From an uncultured bacterium (lineage in GTDB: Bacteria > CAYUVA01), in the NCBI GenBank assembly GCA_964448115.1, contig CAYUVA010000021.1:1-63432 (forward strand): a stretch of 63,432 nt of DNA. Direction: 5' to 3'. The position numbers were made by a program, and so were the translations under genes. The notes beneath the pieces were generated by a model. That model did no database searches. It was not told the DNA's origin and saw only the letters and a list, made by a program, of their open reading frames with translations. Positions 9,863 to 20,340 of this stretch are shown here, piece by piece. Every line of letters starts with the position of its first letter. Within the stretch, counting starts at the first letter, position 1.

Positions 9863-11272
9863 TTATTTATTGAGTATATGAATCGCGGCGCCGTGAATTG
9901 CCTTTGCTGCCTCCATCAGAGTCTCCGAGAAGGTTGGGTGTGGATGTATGAGATCAGCCAAATCGGAGACAGTGGCATTGCACTCAATGGCAAGGGATAC
10001 CTCGCTAATCATCTCGGAAGCCCCTGCTCCTACGATACGGGCGCCGATTATTCGCTGGCTTGATTTCTCGGCTAGCAAAAGTGCGTATCCTTTGACCTCG
10101 CCGGTTGTAAGCGCCCTTCCCGAGGCAGCATAGGGGAACTTGCCGACCTGGTAATCGATACCAGCCTCCTTAGCCTGGGACCCTGAGATGCCAACCACAG
10201 CGATCTCTGGATCGGTGAAGCAGACCGCCGGCACCACCTTTGGATCATATCTCGAATCCAGACCGGCGATGGCTTCGGCAGCGACCTCCCCCTCCTTGGA
10301 AGCCTTGTGGGCAAGCATCGGCTGTCCGGTGATATCGCCGATGGCGTAGATGTGCTTGATATTGCTCTGTCGCCTGCTGTCAACTTGTATGAAGCCTTTG
10401 TCATCGGTTGATAGTCCGATGGTCTCCAGCCCCAATTCGTCTATATATGGTACTCTCCCCACCGCAATCAACATCTTGGAGCATTGGATCTTTTCGATTC
10501 CCTTAGTCGTCTCTATATCGACATAGAGTCGGTCATCCTTTATATAATAAGCGGATACTTTCGAATCGGTGAGTACCTTGACCCCAAGTTTCTTCAAGGA
10601 AAGGGCGATCATTCTAGCTACATCCTTCTCGAAGCCGGGAAGCAGTTGTGGCATAAGCTCAATGACGGTAACCTTGCTCCCCATCTTGGCAAAGTAAGTC
10701 CCCAGCTCAAGCCCGATATATCCTCCGCCGATGATAGCGATGGAATCGGGGATCAGTGTTAGGGATAGTGCGTCCGTCGAGTCAATGATGAACTTGTGAT
10801 CCACCGGCAGATTGCTAAGCTGGGCTGAGCGGCTGCCGCTGGCGATGATGAGATTGTCTGCGGCAAGCTCAGTCTTGTTACCAGATAATTCTACCAGGAT
10901 TTTATGCGGCTCGATGAATCGAGCGTTACCCTTTACAACCCTGACTCCGTTGTCTTTGAGCAGCTTGGATACACCGCTGGTCAGCCTGGAGACTATTTTA
11001 TCCTTCCATTCGATCAGTCTTGGGCAATCGATCTTCGGTTCGCCGAATTCGATACCCATGTTTTGGAAGTGTTTTGCCTGATGGACCATCTTGGCTGCAT
11101 TAAGCAGCGCCTTTGAGGGTATGCAGCCGACATTAAGGCATGTGCCACCGATATTATCCTTTTCAACAAGGGTAACCTTGACTCCAAGCTGTGCCAGCCT
11201 GATAGCAGCGGTGTAACCGCCAGGTCCCCCGCCGATGACGATGGTGGTATAACTTACAGGGTTTTTATCCAT
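9863..11272 (-). CDS. lpdA: Dihydrolipoyl dehydrogenase
   Basis: GGGPGG FAD motif, GGTCLNVGCIPSK redox disulfide, GGGYIGLE NAD motif, LAHKA, HPHPTFSE. Confidence 0.95.
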   Translation of the reverse strand: MDKNPVSYTTIVIGGGPGGYTAAIRLAQLGVKVTLVEKDNIGGTCLNVGCIPSKALLNAAKMVHQAKHFQNMGIEFGEPKIDCPRLIEWKDKIVSRLTSGVSKLLKDNGVRVVKGNARFIEPHKILVELSGNKTELAADNLIIASGSRSAQLSNLPVDHKFIIDSTDALSLTLIPDSIAIIGGGYIGLELGTYFAKMGSKVTVIELMPQLLPGFEKDVARMIALSLKKLGVKVLTDSKVSAYYIKDDRLYVDIETTKGIEKIQCSKMLIAVGRVPYIDELGLETIGLSTDDKGFIQVDSRRQSNIKHIYAIGDITGQPMLAHKASKEGEVAAEAIAGLDSRYDPKVVPAVCFTDPEIAVVGISGSQAKEAGIDYQVGKFPYAASGRALTTGEVKGYALLLAEKSSQRIIGARIVGAGASEMISEVSLAIECNATVSDLADLIHPHPTFSETLMEAAKAIHGAAIHILNK

Positions 11273-11279
11273 TTTGCTT

Positions 11280-12812
11280 TTAACTAATCACTTCACCATT
11301 ACAATCTTCATGTTGAGATGGAAACCTTCTCATGGCAAAGATTCTATCCATCTCGTAAGCATAACCGGCAAGGTAAATAGTGGTAATGGAGATAGCATTG
11401 AGTGCTTTTCTGCGATACTCCTCTTCATCACATTCATATCTTAAGCTCATGATGTAAAAAAACAATTCGTGTAATAGTAATGGAATATTGTTATTAAGAT
11501 TTTCAGGAAGAGTATCTAGTTCAGCCTTAAAAAAGCTTATAATATTCTTATAGAATTCTTTATTAGTTTGTTGTTCCTTAAAGCTACTAACTTCTGCTTC
11601 ACCTGCCACTTTATAAATATTTGATTCATTAAACACATCGAATATTTTTTTCAATAGTTCATTGAAATTCTTTATTTCATTATTTTCACTAATATATTTA
11701 AAATGTTTTTTTATAATTTCAATTTTACTTTTAATCATAGAAAAAGAGCAAAAGCAAATAACATTTCCATAATCCTTCATTTCATTATCTGTTAATAAAC
11801 TCTTTAGATTATTTATGTAGTCATCGAAACTTGAAAAAGACGAAGGATTTTTATTATTTAATTTATTTATTATTGTCTCTGGTATGCGACAATTTGTTAG
11901 TTTTCTTTTTAATGAGGAAATATCATCCTCCAGTACCATCTCTTCAGCAATATCTTGTGGATTGTCTATGTTATTTATCAACCATCTCAAGCCATAATCT
12001 TCAAGCCATTTTCTAAATAATACATGATTATCTTTATCTGATTTTAGAAAATAATTTATATCATATTCAATCCCCTTTTGAGAAAAATATTCCTTTACCG
12101 CATACAATCTCAACGAAAGTTGGTACAATAATTCATCATCAGCAATTTTTATTCCGCGTAAATTCCTAAAATATTCATAAAACATAATTGTAAAAAATTT
12201 ATAATAATCATCAAAGAAAAAGAAAGTCAAATTGAAAAGATCTGCCAGAAAATCTTCAGTAATTTCTTCTATATGATCTGACATAAATATCTCATTAATG
12301 GAAAAATTATCGAAATCAATATTTCCTCTAACCCTTTCCCAATCATACACACTAGAGAAATACCAATGGCCAAATTCATGGAAAATTATAGGAACAATTT
12401 CGTGAATATCGTAAATATCCCTTGCAGGAATAAATATTATACCGTATGCAGGATTGATTCTATGGGTAGAATCATTAGTAACCTTTACAACTACCTTTTT
12501 TGAGTAATCCCATGCCTCATTAGATCTTTGATTGAATTCTGAAATCTCATATAAGGAAGGTTCAAATCTATTGGTAAGAAAATGTATAATTCCGTCTATG
12601 GCTTTGATCAGTATTTGAAGTGATCCGCGGAATTCATTTATACCAGGTGAAAACTCGAAGATCTCTAGATAGTTGCCCTGTCGTCGCTGTGACACCATAT
12701 CATCGAAATGTTCTATGGCAGTCTTCATAAAATCAATAAGTGCCTCATAATAGCTTATGATATAAGTGGTGAGTTGGATGTTTATCTTCATATTCGAGAA
12801 TAGGTCTTTCAA
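11280..12812 (-). CDS. AT-rich hypothetical protein with HExxH metallopeptidase-like motif (start uncertain)
   Basis: 510-aa ORF with TTG start; FHEFGHW followed ~35 aa later by EDFLAD; markedly AT-rich relative to its flanks. Confidence 0.65.
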   Translation of the reverse strand: MKDLFSNMKINIQLTTYIISYYEALIDFMKTAIEHFDDMVSQRRQGNYLEIFEFSPGINEFRGSLQILIKAIDGIIHFLTNRFEPSLYEISEFNQRSNEAWDYSKKVVVKVTNDSTHRINPAYGIIFIPARDIYDIHEIVPIIFHEFGHWYFSSVYDWERVRGNIDFDNFSINEIFMSDHIEEITEDFLADLFNLTFFFFDDYYKFFTIMFYEYFRNLRGIKIADDELLYQLSLRLYAVKEYFSQKGIEYDINYFLKSDKDNHVLFRKWLEDYGLRWLINNIDNPQDIAEEMVLEDDISSLKRKLTNCRIPETIINKLNNKNPSSFSSFDDYINNLKSLLTDNEMKDYGNVICFCSFSMIKSKIEIIKKHFKYISENNEIKNFNELLKKIFDVFNESNIYKVAGEAEVSSFKEQQTNKEFYKNIISFFKAELDTLPENLNNNIPLLLHELFFYIMSLRYECDEEEYRRKALNAISITTIYLAGYAYEMDRIFAMRRFPSQHEDCNGEVIS

Positions 12813-13273
12813 TATGTTTCTTATGGTTATTTAGATAGCTGTTGAAATCGTTACATCGCGTGGGCATGCTGTAATAAAATAATGAAATACATCTTCCTCC
12901 AAGAAATTCCATAGTAGAATCCTCCTTCGCAGAGATATTAATATGGAAAAGAGATTATATAGGAGTTCAAGCCTTCTTTTTACGCTTGAGTTCTTTTACT
13001 GCTTTGAATCTATCAGGCAAATAATCCTCAAACATCCCTCTAGTGGTGTGGCGCTTGTCCACGAAGCACTTATCCTTCTCGAAGGATCTTCGTTCCTGTG
13101 GGCAACGAACTTTCTTCATAGCTTAACTCCTAGCTTCTTTAACAATGTATGAAACCGTATGTTCCAGTTTATCTTCAATATAATGTAAACAATTTTTAAA
13201 TACAACAAGAGAATGAACAACGGTTTTTGGGAATTATTTTTTATTTATCTTAGCTATTCCTGCAAAGACCCAG

Positions 13274-13879
13274 CTATATATACCCCAGTGCCTTTAGCCT
13301 TTGTTTGATGGTCTCCTCTTCTTCGGGGTTATAGTCCTCATTCTCGAGCTCTACTTTGGGGATATATCCGAGGATCTCAAGGGTTTTTAGGATCTTTGCA
13401 ATGCTCTCGTCAACCGTTTCCTTGTCGGTCTCGCAGACGATCTCGGCGTCCTCTGGTTCCTCGTATGGGTCCGATATGCCGGTGAAATTTTCGATCTCGC
13501 CTTTTATCGCCTTTGCATATAAGCCCTTGGGATCTCGATTTATGAGTACCTCGATAGGGCACTTGCAGTAAACCTCGACATACTTGCCGATCAGCTTCCG
13601 ATTTTCATTTCGGATCGCCCTATATGGCGAGATGGCGGCTCCAATGGCACAGACATCGTTGCGAGTCAGCAGGTTGCACACGAAGCCGATGCGCCTTATG
13701 TTGATGTCCCTATCCTCCTTGGAGAATCCGAGTCCCTTGGAGAGATTTTCCCTGACCACATCGCCATCCAGAACTTCAACCTTCAAACCTCTTTCCAGCA
13801 ATTCTTCAGCAACGCTCCTGGAAAGCGTGGTCTTGCCTGAGCCAGATAGTCCGGTGAACCAGATCGTGAAACCCTTCAT
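13274..13879 (-). CDS. cysC: Adenylyl-sulfate (APS) kinase with a C-terminal LGY extension
   Basis: [13 protein letters not shown]-loop, [43 protein letters not shown]. Confidence 0.93.
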   Translation of the reverse strand: MKGFTIWFTGLSGSGKTTLSRSVAEELLERGLKVEVLDGDVVRENLSKGLGFSKEDRDINIRRIGFVCNLLTRNDVCAIGAAISPYRAIRNENRKLIGKYVEVYCKCPIEVLINRDPKGLYAKAIKGEIENFTGISDPYEEPEDAEIVCETDKETVDESIAKILKTLEILGYIPKVELENEDYNPEEEETIKQRLKALGYI

Positions 13880-13907
13880 TAGTGAACTCCTTTCGTTGTT
13901 CAGTTGG

Positions 13908-15293
13908 TTAGTTCTTAATAATCGATCGCCCTATCATGTCTTCGGGCACATCGATTCCAAAGTAGGTCAGCACGGTGGGTGCGATGTCGTATATTGAAAA
14001 TGTCTCCTTGACTTGAGCAAAGCGCTCCTTCGGCATATCAGTGATGAAGATGCCATCCTCTGCGTGATTGGCATCGTCGGGACCGGTGTCGTTCTCGTAC
14101 ATCCAGATTTTTCCGTTGCCGACGGTTGCAGCCGATCTCCAATCGAGATTTCCGAGATAAACGACCAGGTCAGGGGGTATTCGTTTGCACTCACGATATA
14201 TCTGTTCGGGTATGAGTGCCTTGGTGTTGATCCTGTTTCCATGCTCATCGGTCATTGCTTCCAGGTCAGCTATGATCCTTGCCCTGAATTCCTCATACTC
14301 GGCTTGCGGTATTATGCCCTGCGGCTCTCGTTCCTGCACATTGAAAAAGATACGGCTGTAGTAGCCACCCTCGCCCCATGCGTAAGTTTTCGACCAGTCG
14401 ATCATCTCCATCTTGAGCCTGGTTGGCTCTGCCGGCTCCTCTTTAAGGGTTAGGTATCCTTTCTTGATGAGCCATTCGTTTATGCATATAGCCCCGATCA
14501 TGGTCTTGGCGCCGTGATCCGAGACCACCATGACATTACAGTCATCGCCTAATACTTTAAGCGTTTTGCCGATCTCCTGGTCTAGCAGAACATAATAATC
14601 ATGGATAACCGACTCGTAAGGGTTCCCCGGCTCGTAGAGTCGATGGTTCTTATCCATGTATCGCCAGAAGCCGTGGTGTATGCGATCCGGACCCATCTCC
14701 ACCATCATTGCAAAGTCGAAACTATCGTTTGCCAACAGGTAGCGCAGCGCCATAAATCTCCTTCGGGTCATCACGATGATATCATCGAGCAGCTTCTCCT
14801 TGTTGTCGGTGCGGAAGTTCTTTACATCGATTATATAATCGTCCTCTGCTGCTCGATCCAGCGCATGTTTAATCTCATCAGGATATGTATATTGGACGCT
14901 CTTGTCGGGGGTGAGGAAGCTGGCCACCATAACGCCGTTCAGTGGTTTAGGTGGATAAGTCTGTGGCACGCCCAGAATTAGCGATCTCAGGCGGTTGCGC
15001 GACAGGTAGTTCCAGACCGTCTTCTCCTTGACATACTTGGCATTGGCGAAATAAAGCGCTTCGTAGTCGTAGCTCTTGCGGTTTCTGAAGCCATAGAATC
15101 CGAGTTGACCCGGATCCTTGGATGTCATCATCGCCGTCCAGGCGGGGACGGTGATGGGGGGGATGGTCGATCTCAGCCTGGCATAGACTCCCTTTTGGCA
15201 AAGCGCCTTTAGATTAGGGAGATCATCCAACCAGGCATCGAAGGTTAACTGCGGGGTCATGCAGTCCATGCCGAATATGATAAGTTTTGTCAT
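13908..15293 (-). CDS. Alkaline phosphatase superfamily protein, nucleotide pyrophosphatase/phosphodiesterase type (cytoplasmic)
   Basis: GMD metal ligand, [11 protein letters not shown] Thr nucleophile motif, DRIHH, VSDHG, late NH and DIAPT; no signal peptide. Confidence 0.88.
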   Translation of the reverse strand: MTKLIIFGMDCMTPQLTFDAWLDDLPNLKALCQKGVYARLRSTIPPITVPAWTAMMTSKDPGQLGFYGFRNRKSYDYEALYFANAKYVKEKTVWNYLSRNRLRSLILGVPQTYPPKPLNGVMVASFLTPDKSVQYTYPDEIKHALDRAAEDDYIIDVKNFRTDNKEKLLDDIIVMTRRRFMALRYLLANDSFDFAMMVEMGPDRIHHGFWRYMDKNHRLYEPGNPYESVIHDYYVLLDQEIGKTLKVLGDDCNVMVVSDHGAKTMIGAICINEWLIKKGYLTLKEEPAEPTRLKMEMIDWSKTYAWGEGGYYSRIFFNVQEREPQGIIPQAEYEEFRARIIADLEAMTDEHGNRINTKALIPEQIYRECKRIPPDLVVYLGNLDWRSAATVGNGKIWMYENDTGPDDANHAEDGIFITDMPKERFAQVKETFSIYDIAPTVLTYFGIDVPEDMIGRSIIKN

Positions 15294-15311
15294 CTTGACT
15301 CCTTTAGTATT

Positions 15312-15536
15312 CTATAGATAACCGAGGTTTTTCAGCTTTTTCTTTATAACCCTTAGCTCCTCTGGGGTAAAGCTCTTTTCTTGTTGTTCATTTTCAGTTT
15401 CATGCTCACTCAGGATATCCCTTAGCACATAGACTATGAATTCCGTAGGTGAACTGAATCCAGAGTCCTCGATAAGTGCTTGTATTTTCTTGTATAATAT
15501 CGTAGGTATCTTGATGGTTACTCTTTTGTCTTTCAT
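15312..15536 (-). CDS. Ribbon-helix-helix (CopG-like) regulator with a C-terminal LGY tail
   Basis: RVTIKIP beta-strand, helix LYKKIQALIE, GFSSPTEFIVYVLR helix; tail PEELRVIKKKLKNLGYL. Confidence 0.82.
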   Translation of the reverse strand: MKDKRVTIKIPTILYKKIQALIEDSGFSSPTEFIVYVLRDILSEHETENEQQEKSFTPEELRVIKKKLKNLGYL

Positions 15537-15560
15537 TTGTTTCTGCCTTTTCTGCCAACG

Positions 15561-15613
15561 ACACTCATATTGTACTCTAATTTGAGTGTATCACCAGGTA
15601 AATATCTTGTCAA
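15561..15613 (-). promoter_or_regulatory. Near-consensus sigma70 promoter with overlapping palindromic operator
   Basis: Minus strand TTGACA (15613-15608)-17 nt-TACACT (15590-15585) with extended TG. Inverted repeat ACACTCAtATT-N7-AATtTGAGTGT at 15561-15589 covers the -10/+1 region. Confidence 0.65.
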
Positions 15614-15701
15614 GTGGCAGGAAGGATCGTATTGTCTCATTTTTTACTTTGTGTTAAATTTAAAATTGACTATACTTATATTGACCAAGAGGGGAAGTTC
15701 C

Positions 15702-18089
15702 TTGGACGAGCAGGATATTAAGAAACACATCAAGAAGGCAAAGGAATACCTCGATAAAGGCGATTACGAGCTAAGCATCGAGGAACTAGACCTAGTGCTG
15801 CGCGAGGATCCCAATCACAAGCTCGCTCAGGCACTAATGCAAAAAGCCCTTGAGATGATGGAGCAAGCTGAACCAGAGGACATGGAATTCGACGAGGACT
15901 TCTTTGAGAAGCAACAGCTCGACCAGGATCTTGAAAGCCCGGATATTGATGATGAACTTAAGGCTGAGCCATTCGAGGAACCCTTTGATGAGCTGGATAC
16001 ACCCCTGCCGGATGAAGCTGATTTCAAGTTCGATGAACACGGGGATGACATGAAGCCGCCAAGCTCAACCGATATGGATCTGAGGGACCTATTCGAGGGG
16101 GAAGGCGAAAGAGATATATTCGAGAAAGAAACCCCAAAAGACACCGAGGATGGGGGGGAGGAATTCTCCTTTGATGATCTCGAAGAAGAACACAAAATTG
16201 ACCAACGGGACGAGGATCTCATCGAGGATGATCTCTTCAAGGAAGGCTCTGCATTCACCAAGTATGACAGCGGTTTGGATGAGGAGTATGAACAAGAGGG
16301 GAAAGAGGAGATCTTCGAGGATATCGAACAAAGCGAGTTAGATAAACTGGCTGAGGAAACCGAGGATATCTTTGAGGAATCGAGCGAACAGCTTGATGAA
16401 GAATCCGAGGAGGAACTTCTTGAGCAAGAAAGCTCTGAAGACCAAAGCTCCCTGGAGGATATTGAAAGGATAAGGAAATACTGGATCGAGGGCGCGGAGT
16501 GCTTCCGAAACAAGGACTACCACGGATGCATCCAGAAGATGCAGCAACTACTCAAAATCGATCCCAATAACGAGGGAGCACTTGGATATATCGATATGGC
16601 CAAGGAAAAACTGGAGCTACAAAAATCTGCCAAGAAACCACCACCAAAGCAAAAAGAGAAACTCGATGCACAAGCCATACCTCAAGAGGGAACGGTCGAT
16701 CTGAGACAGGAGCTTGCAAATGAGGGCTTTGCAGACGACCTTCAAGCCGAGGAGGGGGCATCCGAGGAGTCCGCTCCCGAACAAGAGGAATTCCCCTTCA
16801 CTGATGATGAACAAGCCGAAATCGAAGATCCCTATACGGCGCCCTGGGACACAGAGGAAAAAGAATCCTACGAGTTCGAGGATCTCGAACAAATGCCCGA
16901 TGAACAACAGAAGGTACAGGCGAGCTATGATGCTATCATCGACTCGGGTGAAGAGGATTCAGACTTGATCGGTAAACTGGAGATGCCTATCGACGAAACC
17001 GAGATCGAACCAGAAGCAGAGGAAGAGGAGGAATTCCCCACCGAGACGCCCACGACCTTTGGACTGCCGCTTAAAGGAGTCTCCAAGATTGCCTTATATG
17101 TAGGGATTATAGCTGTTGTGATTATAGTTATTGGAGTCTCGGTGTATTTCTATATCTCATTCAGCTCGACCGAGGGACTTAGACAGGGTACCGAAACCGT
17201 GCAACCGACATCGACTCCTTTGCCAAAGGAACAGATGATCGAGGAAGCCAAGATAATCGAGGAAAATATCAACAAGGTTAAAGAACTCTTCAACGCCGGA
17301 CAGTACGAGAAGTGTCTCGAGCTTGCTGGAACATACCTGCAGATCTATCCGGGAAACGAGACCCTGAAGGAATATGTAGATAAATCGTCTGCCATCATCG
17401 AGAAAATAAAGGCTGATCAGAAGGAAAGGCAAAGGGTTCAAAGCATAAGAAACTACTATGCAAAGGGAAAAGAATACTTCCAGCAAGGGAAATATGGCTC
17501 TGCAATATCCACCCTGAAAAAAGTGCTAGCGCTTGATCCCAATAATCAAGGAGCTAAGAAATATATCGCTGAAGCAGAAAAGAAGCTGGAGGAGATCAGG
17601 ATTGAACGGGAAAAACTGGCTAAGAAAAACAGGTACATGAGCAAGGCTCGAGAACTGACCCTCGCCGAGAAATATAACAATGCAATCGACCAATTAAACA
17701 AAGCGCTCGAGCTTTTCCCCGGCGACCAGGAGGTGCTCGACCAGATACAGGCAGTCGAGAAGGCTAGAGAACAAGCCAAGAAAGAGCGCATCGGTGAGCT
17801 TCTTAGTCAAGGAGAAAAGCATTATTCACAGAAGGAATATGAGAAATGCATCCAGGTAATGGATGCTGTATTGCAGATCGATCCGGAAAATATTAGTGCA
17901 AAGAACTTCATATCCATTGCCAGGTTTGAGATAGATATAAGAGAACACTTCCAGAAGGGGAAACAAGCCTTCGATGAGGGAAGGTACGAGGATTGCATAA
18001 AGAATATGGACTATATCATCTCAAAGAAGCCAGAGGATGAGGAGGCAAAAAGGCTAAAAAACCTGGCTATTTACGCCCTGGAAGAGTAG
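15702..18089 (+). CDS. Bitopic TPR protein with long Asp/Glu-rich regions
   Basis: Likely start TTG 15702 after GAGGGG SD (the track start 15537 overlaps the divergent promoter). Order: TPR, acidic tract, TPR, acidic tract, one TM helix (IALYVGIIAVVIIVIGVSVYFYI), multiple TPRs. Confidence 0.82.
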   Translation: MDEQDIKKHIKKAKEYLDKGDYELSIEELDLVLREDPNHKLAQALMQKALEMMEQAEPEDMEFDEDFFEKQQLDQDLESPDIDDELKAEPFEEPFDELDTPLPDEADFKFDEHGDDMKPPSSTDMDLRDLFEGEGERDIFEKETPKDTEDGGEEFSFDDLEEEHKIDQRDEDLIEDDLFKEGSAFTKYDSGLDEEYEQEGKEEIFEDIEQSELDKLAEETEDIFEESSEQLDEESEEELLEQESSEDQSSLEDIERIRKYWIEGAECFRNKDYHGCIQKMQQLLKIDPNNEGALGYIDMAKEKLELQKSAKKPPPKQKEKLDAQAIPQEGTVDLRQELANEGFADDLQAEEGASEESAPEQEEFPFTDDEQAEIEDPYTAPWDTEEKESYEFEDLEQMPDEQQKVQASYDAIIDSGEEDSDLIGKLEMPIDETEIEPEAEEEEEFPTETPTTFGLPLKGVSKIALYVGIIAVVIIVIGVSVYFYISFSSTEGLRQGTETVQPTSTPLPKEQMIEEAKIIEENINKVKELFNAGQYEKCLELAGTYLQIYPGNETLKEYVDKSSAIIEKIKADQKERQRVQSIRNYYAKGKEYFQQGKYGSAISTLKKVLALDPNNQGAKKYIAEAEKKLEEIRIEREKLAKKNRYMSKARELTLAEKYNNAIDQLNKALELFPGDQEVLDQIQAVEKAREQAKKERIGELLSQGEKHYSQKEYEKCIQVMDAVLQIDPENISAKNFISIARFEIDIREHFQKGKQAFDEGRYEDCIKNMDYIISKKPEDEEAKRLKNLAIYALEE

Positions 18090-18219
18090 CTCAAAAGCAC
18101 TTGCGACTTTGATATAATTACCAGTGTGTATAATCGCACCGATCTGAGGATAGATCATGGAAATATGAAGGTAATTACAATATACTAGCCTCCAATATGG
18201 ATAGCATGGAGTTGCGATT

Positions 18220-19023
18220 TTGAGGATACTGCTGATAAACGATGATGGCTTCTGGGCTCCGGGGTTGCAGCAGCTATACAGTACCTTATGCATCTCTCAT
18301 GAGGTTTTTATAGTTGCTCCTAAACATGAACAAAGCGGCTGTGCGCACGCCTGCACCCTTGATAAGCCTATCAGAACCGAGAAGATGTATCTTGATGGTG
18401 CATTGATAGGGTATGCTGTTGATGGCAAGCCTGCCGACTGCGTCAAGTATGCACTTTCTATGGTATATAAAGAACCTCCTGACTTGATAATATCAGGGAT
18501 AAACAGCGGTTGTAACACTGGTATCAATATCCTTTATAGCGGCACAGTCGCCGCAGCACTAGAGGGAGCCATTTATGGCTTTCCTTCCATGGCGGTGAGC
18601 CATTGCACATCTCGGCGCCAACACCTTAAGGCGGCTGTCAAGATAACTGAGCGACTTGCTGAGAATTACTTTGATCTTAATATTGCTAAGAATATTGTTC
18701 TGAATGTCAATATACCAGCTATCCCCCTGGAAGAGATGAAAGGGATTATGATAACCAGGCAAGGAATGTATCGCTACCTGGACCGCTTCGATAGGAGAAC
18801 AGATCCCAAGCAGAGGGAGTACTTTTGGCTTGTCGGCGAGGATGAATTCAAGACAAACGATCCCAGGGACGACGAGATGGCGGTTAGAAATGGATTCATA
18901 TCCGTTACACCCATATCTTACGAGCTTACCGCTTTTAACACCTTTGAAGATATGAAAGATATGGAGGCTGATATGAGAGGTAGTTTCCTAGATCTTCTGA
19001 AGGAAACTCCAAGCACTAGTTGA
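18220..19023 (+). CDS. surE: 5'/3'-nucleotidase SurE
   Basis: NDDG, VAP..EQSG, G.PADCV, PDLIISGIN.G.N.G..ILYSGTVAAA.EG, LNVNIP, ISVTP. Confidence 0.93.
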   Translation: MRILLINDDGFWAPGLQQLYSTLCISHEVFIVAPKHEQSGCAHACTLDKPIRTEKMYLDGALIGYAVDGKPADCVKYALSMVYKEPPDLIISGINSGCNTGINILYSGTVAAALEGAIYGFPSMAVSHCTSRRQHLKAAVKITERLAENYFDLNIAKNIVLNVNIPAIPLEEMKGIMITRQGMYRYLDRFDRRTDPKQREYFWLVGEDEFKTNDPRDDEMAVRNGFISVTPISYELTAFNTFEDMKDMEADMRGSFLDLLKETPSTS

Positions 19024-19054
19024 AGAATTTTCACTTAATTATGTAGTAATAGCT

Positions 19055-20038
19055 ATGTCCATAAAACAGGAAATGATACCGGATTCCACTGAGCCAACAC
19101 TTGATCTGAGCGTGGTTATTCCCATATTCAACGAAGAGGAAAACCTCGCTTGGCTCATGGATGAGCTTTATAAAGTGCTCAAGGAGAACGAGTATAGCTA
19201 CGAGGTCATCGCGGTGGATGACGGCAGCACAGATAGCTCGTACAACCAACTTATAAAACTTAAGGAGCGTTACCAGAACCTGATTATAATAAGACTTCGG
19301 CGCAATTTCGGTCAGACACCAGCGCTTTCCGCAGGCTTTCATAATGCCAGAGGTAGGATAATCGTTACCATCGATGCGGATATGCAAAATGATCCCCAAG
19401 ATATTCCAGCTTTGATCGAAAAGCTCAAACAAGGATATGATCTAGTCTCCGGGTGGCGTGCACACCGCAAGGATCCAGCATTAACTCGAATTTTGCCATC
19501 AAGGTTTGCAAACTGGCTGATAAGCAAGATTACCGGTGTAAAACTTCACGATCACGGCTGCACGCTCAAGGCTTACCACAACGAGGTCATCGCTAACATA
19601 CCCCTCTATGGCGAGATGCATCGCTTTTTGCCTCCATTAGCGCAATGGGTTGGAGCCAAGATAGCAGAGCTTCCAGTTAATCATCATCCAAGAAGATATG
19701 GCAAATCGAAGTATGGACTGAAAAGGACTTTGGGAGTTATATTAGATCTAATAACCGTAAAATTCCTTATGAGCTACAGCACCAGCCCGATCCGAATATT
19801 TGGCGCCTGGGGTTTGTACTCTATCATCCTGGGGATAATAAGCGGGATCGCAACCGTAGTAATGCGCATATTGGAGATTCGTACAATGACGCGAAATCCC
19901 CTGCTCACAGTTACAGCTATACTTATTATCGTCGGCTTTCAGTTCATTGTTTTGGGGCTGCTCGGCGAGATCAACATACGCACCTACTTTGAATCCCAGC
20001 GAAAACCTATATATATAATTAGAAACATAGTCCGATAA
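19055..20038 (+). CDS. GT2 glycosyltransferase, polyprenol-phosphate glycosyltransferase (ArnC/GtrB/DPM-like)
   Basis: SVVIPIFNEEEN, VDDGSTD, RNFGQTPA, DADMQNDP, two C-terminal TM helices. Confidence 0.88.
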   Translation: MSIKQEMIPDSTEPTLDLSVVIPIFNEEENLAWLMDELYKVLKENEYSYEVIAVDDGSTDSSYNQLIKLKERYQNLIIIRLRRNFGQTPALSAGFHNARGRIIVTIDADMQNDPQDIPALIEKLKQGYDLVSGWRAHRKDPALTRILPSRFANWLISKITGVKLHDHGCTLKAYHNEVIANIPLYGEMHRFLPPLAQWVGAKIAELPVNHHPRRYGKSKYGLKRTLGVILDLITVKFLMSYSTSPIRIFGAWGLYSIILGIISGIATVVMRILEIRTMTRNPLLTVTAILIIVGFQFIVLGLLGEINIRTYFESQRKPIYIIRNIVR

Positions 20039-20340
20039 AACTCAAAAAGCGGAATTCACCACAGAGACCAAGTTATCGAGTTCTTGCTGTAGCGATAATC
20101 TGTGCATTTTACAAATAGAGAATTCATATTTTTTAATAACTTACAGCTCTCAACTGTCAAACCCAGGAGGGAACTAAAGGAGTGTATTAACCTTGTAGTT
20201 TTGTATCCGAAAAGGGCTTTGAGAGCTGGCTGAGAACAAAGGATTAGAGCATGAGAAGATGAAAGAGGAGTTCAAGGAATGGCTTACCGTTAGATCCTTA
20301 CGATTAGATCCTAAAATCTTCGGCAGATCACCTTCCCCCG

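Noticed and set aside
12813-13230. Possible stop-codon readthrough extending the HExxH gene
   Set aside because: Three stops of two types (TAA, TAA, TGA), no recoding signal seen, and neighbouring genes use all three stops normally.
15537-15701. Extended N-termini proposed by the ORF track (also 45676-45906 and 51946-51966)
   Set aside because: Downstream starts have better SD or stop-start coupling, and the longer extensions overlap a promoter or the upstream gene.
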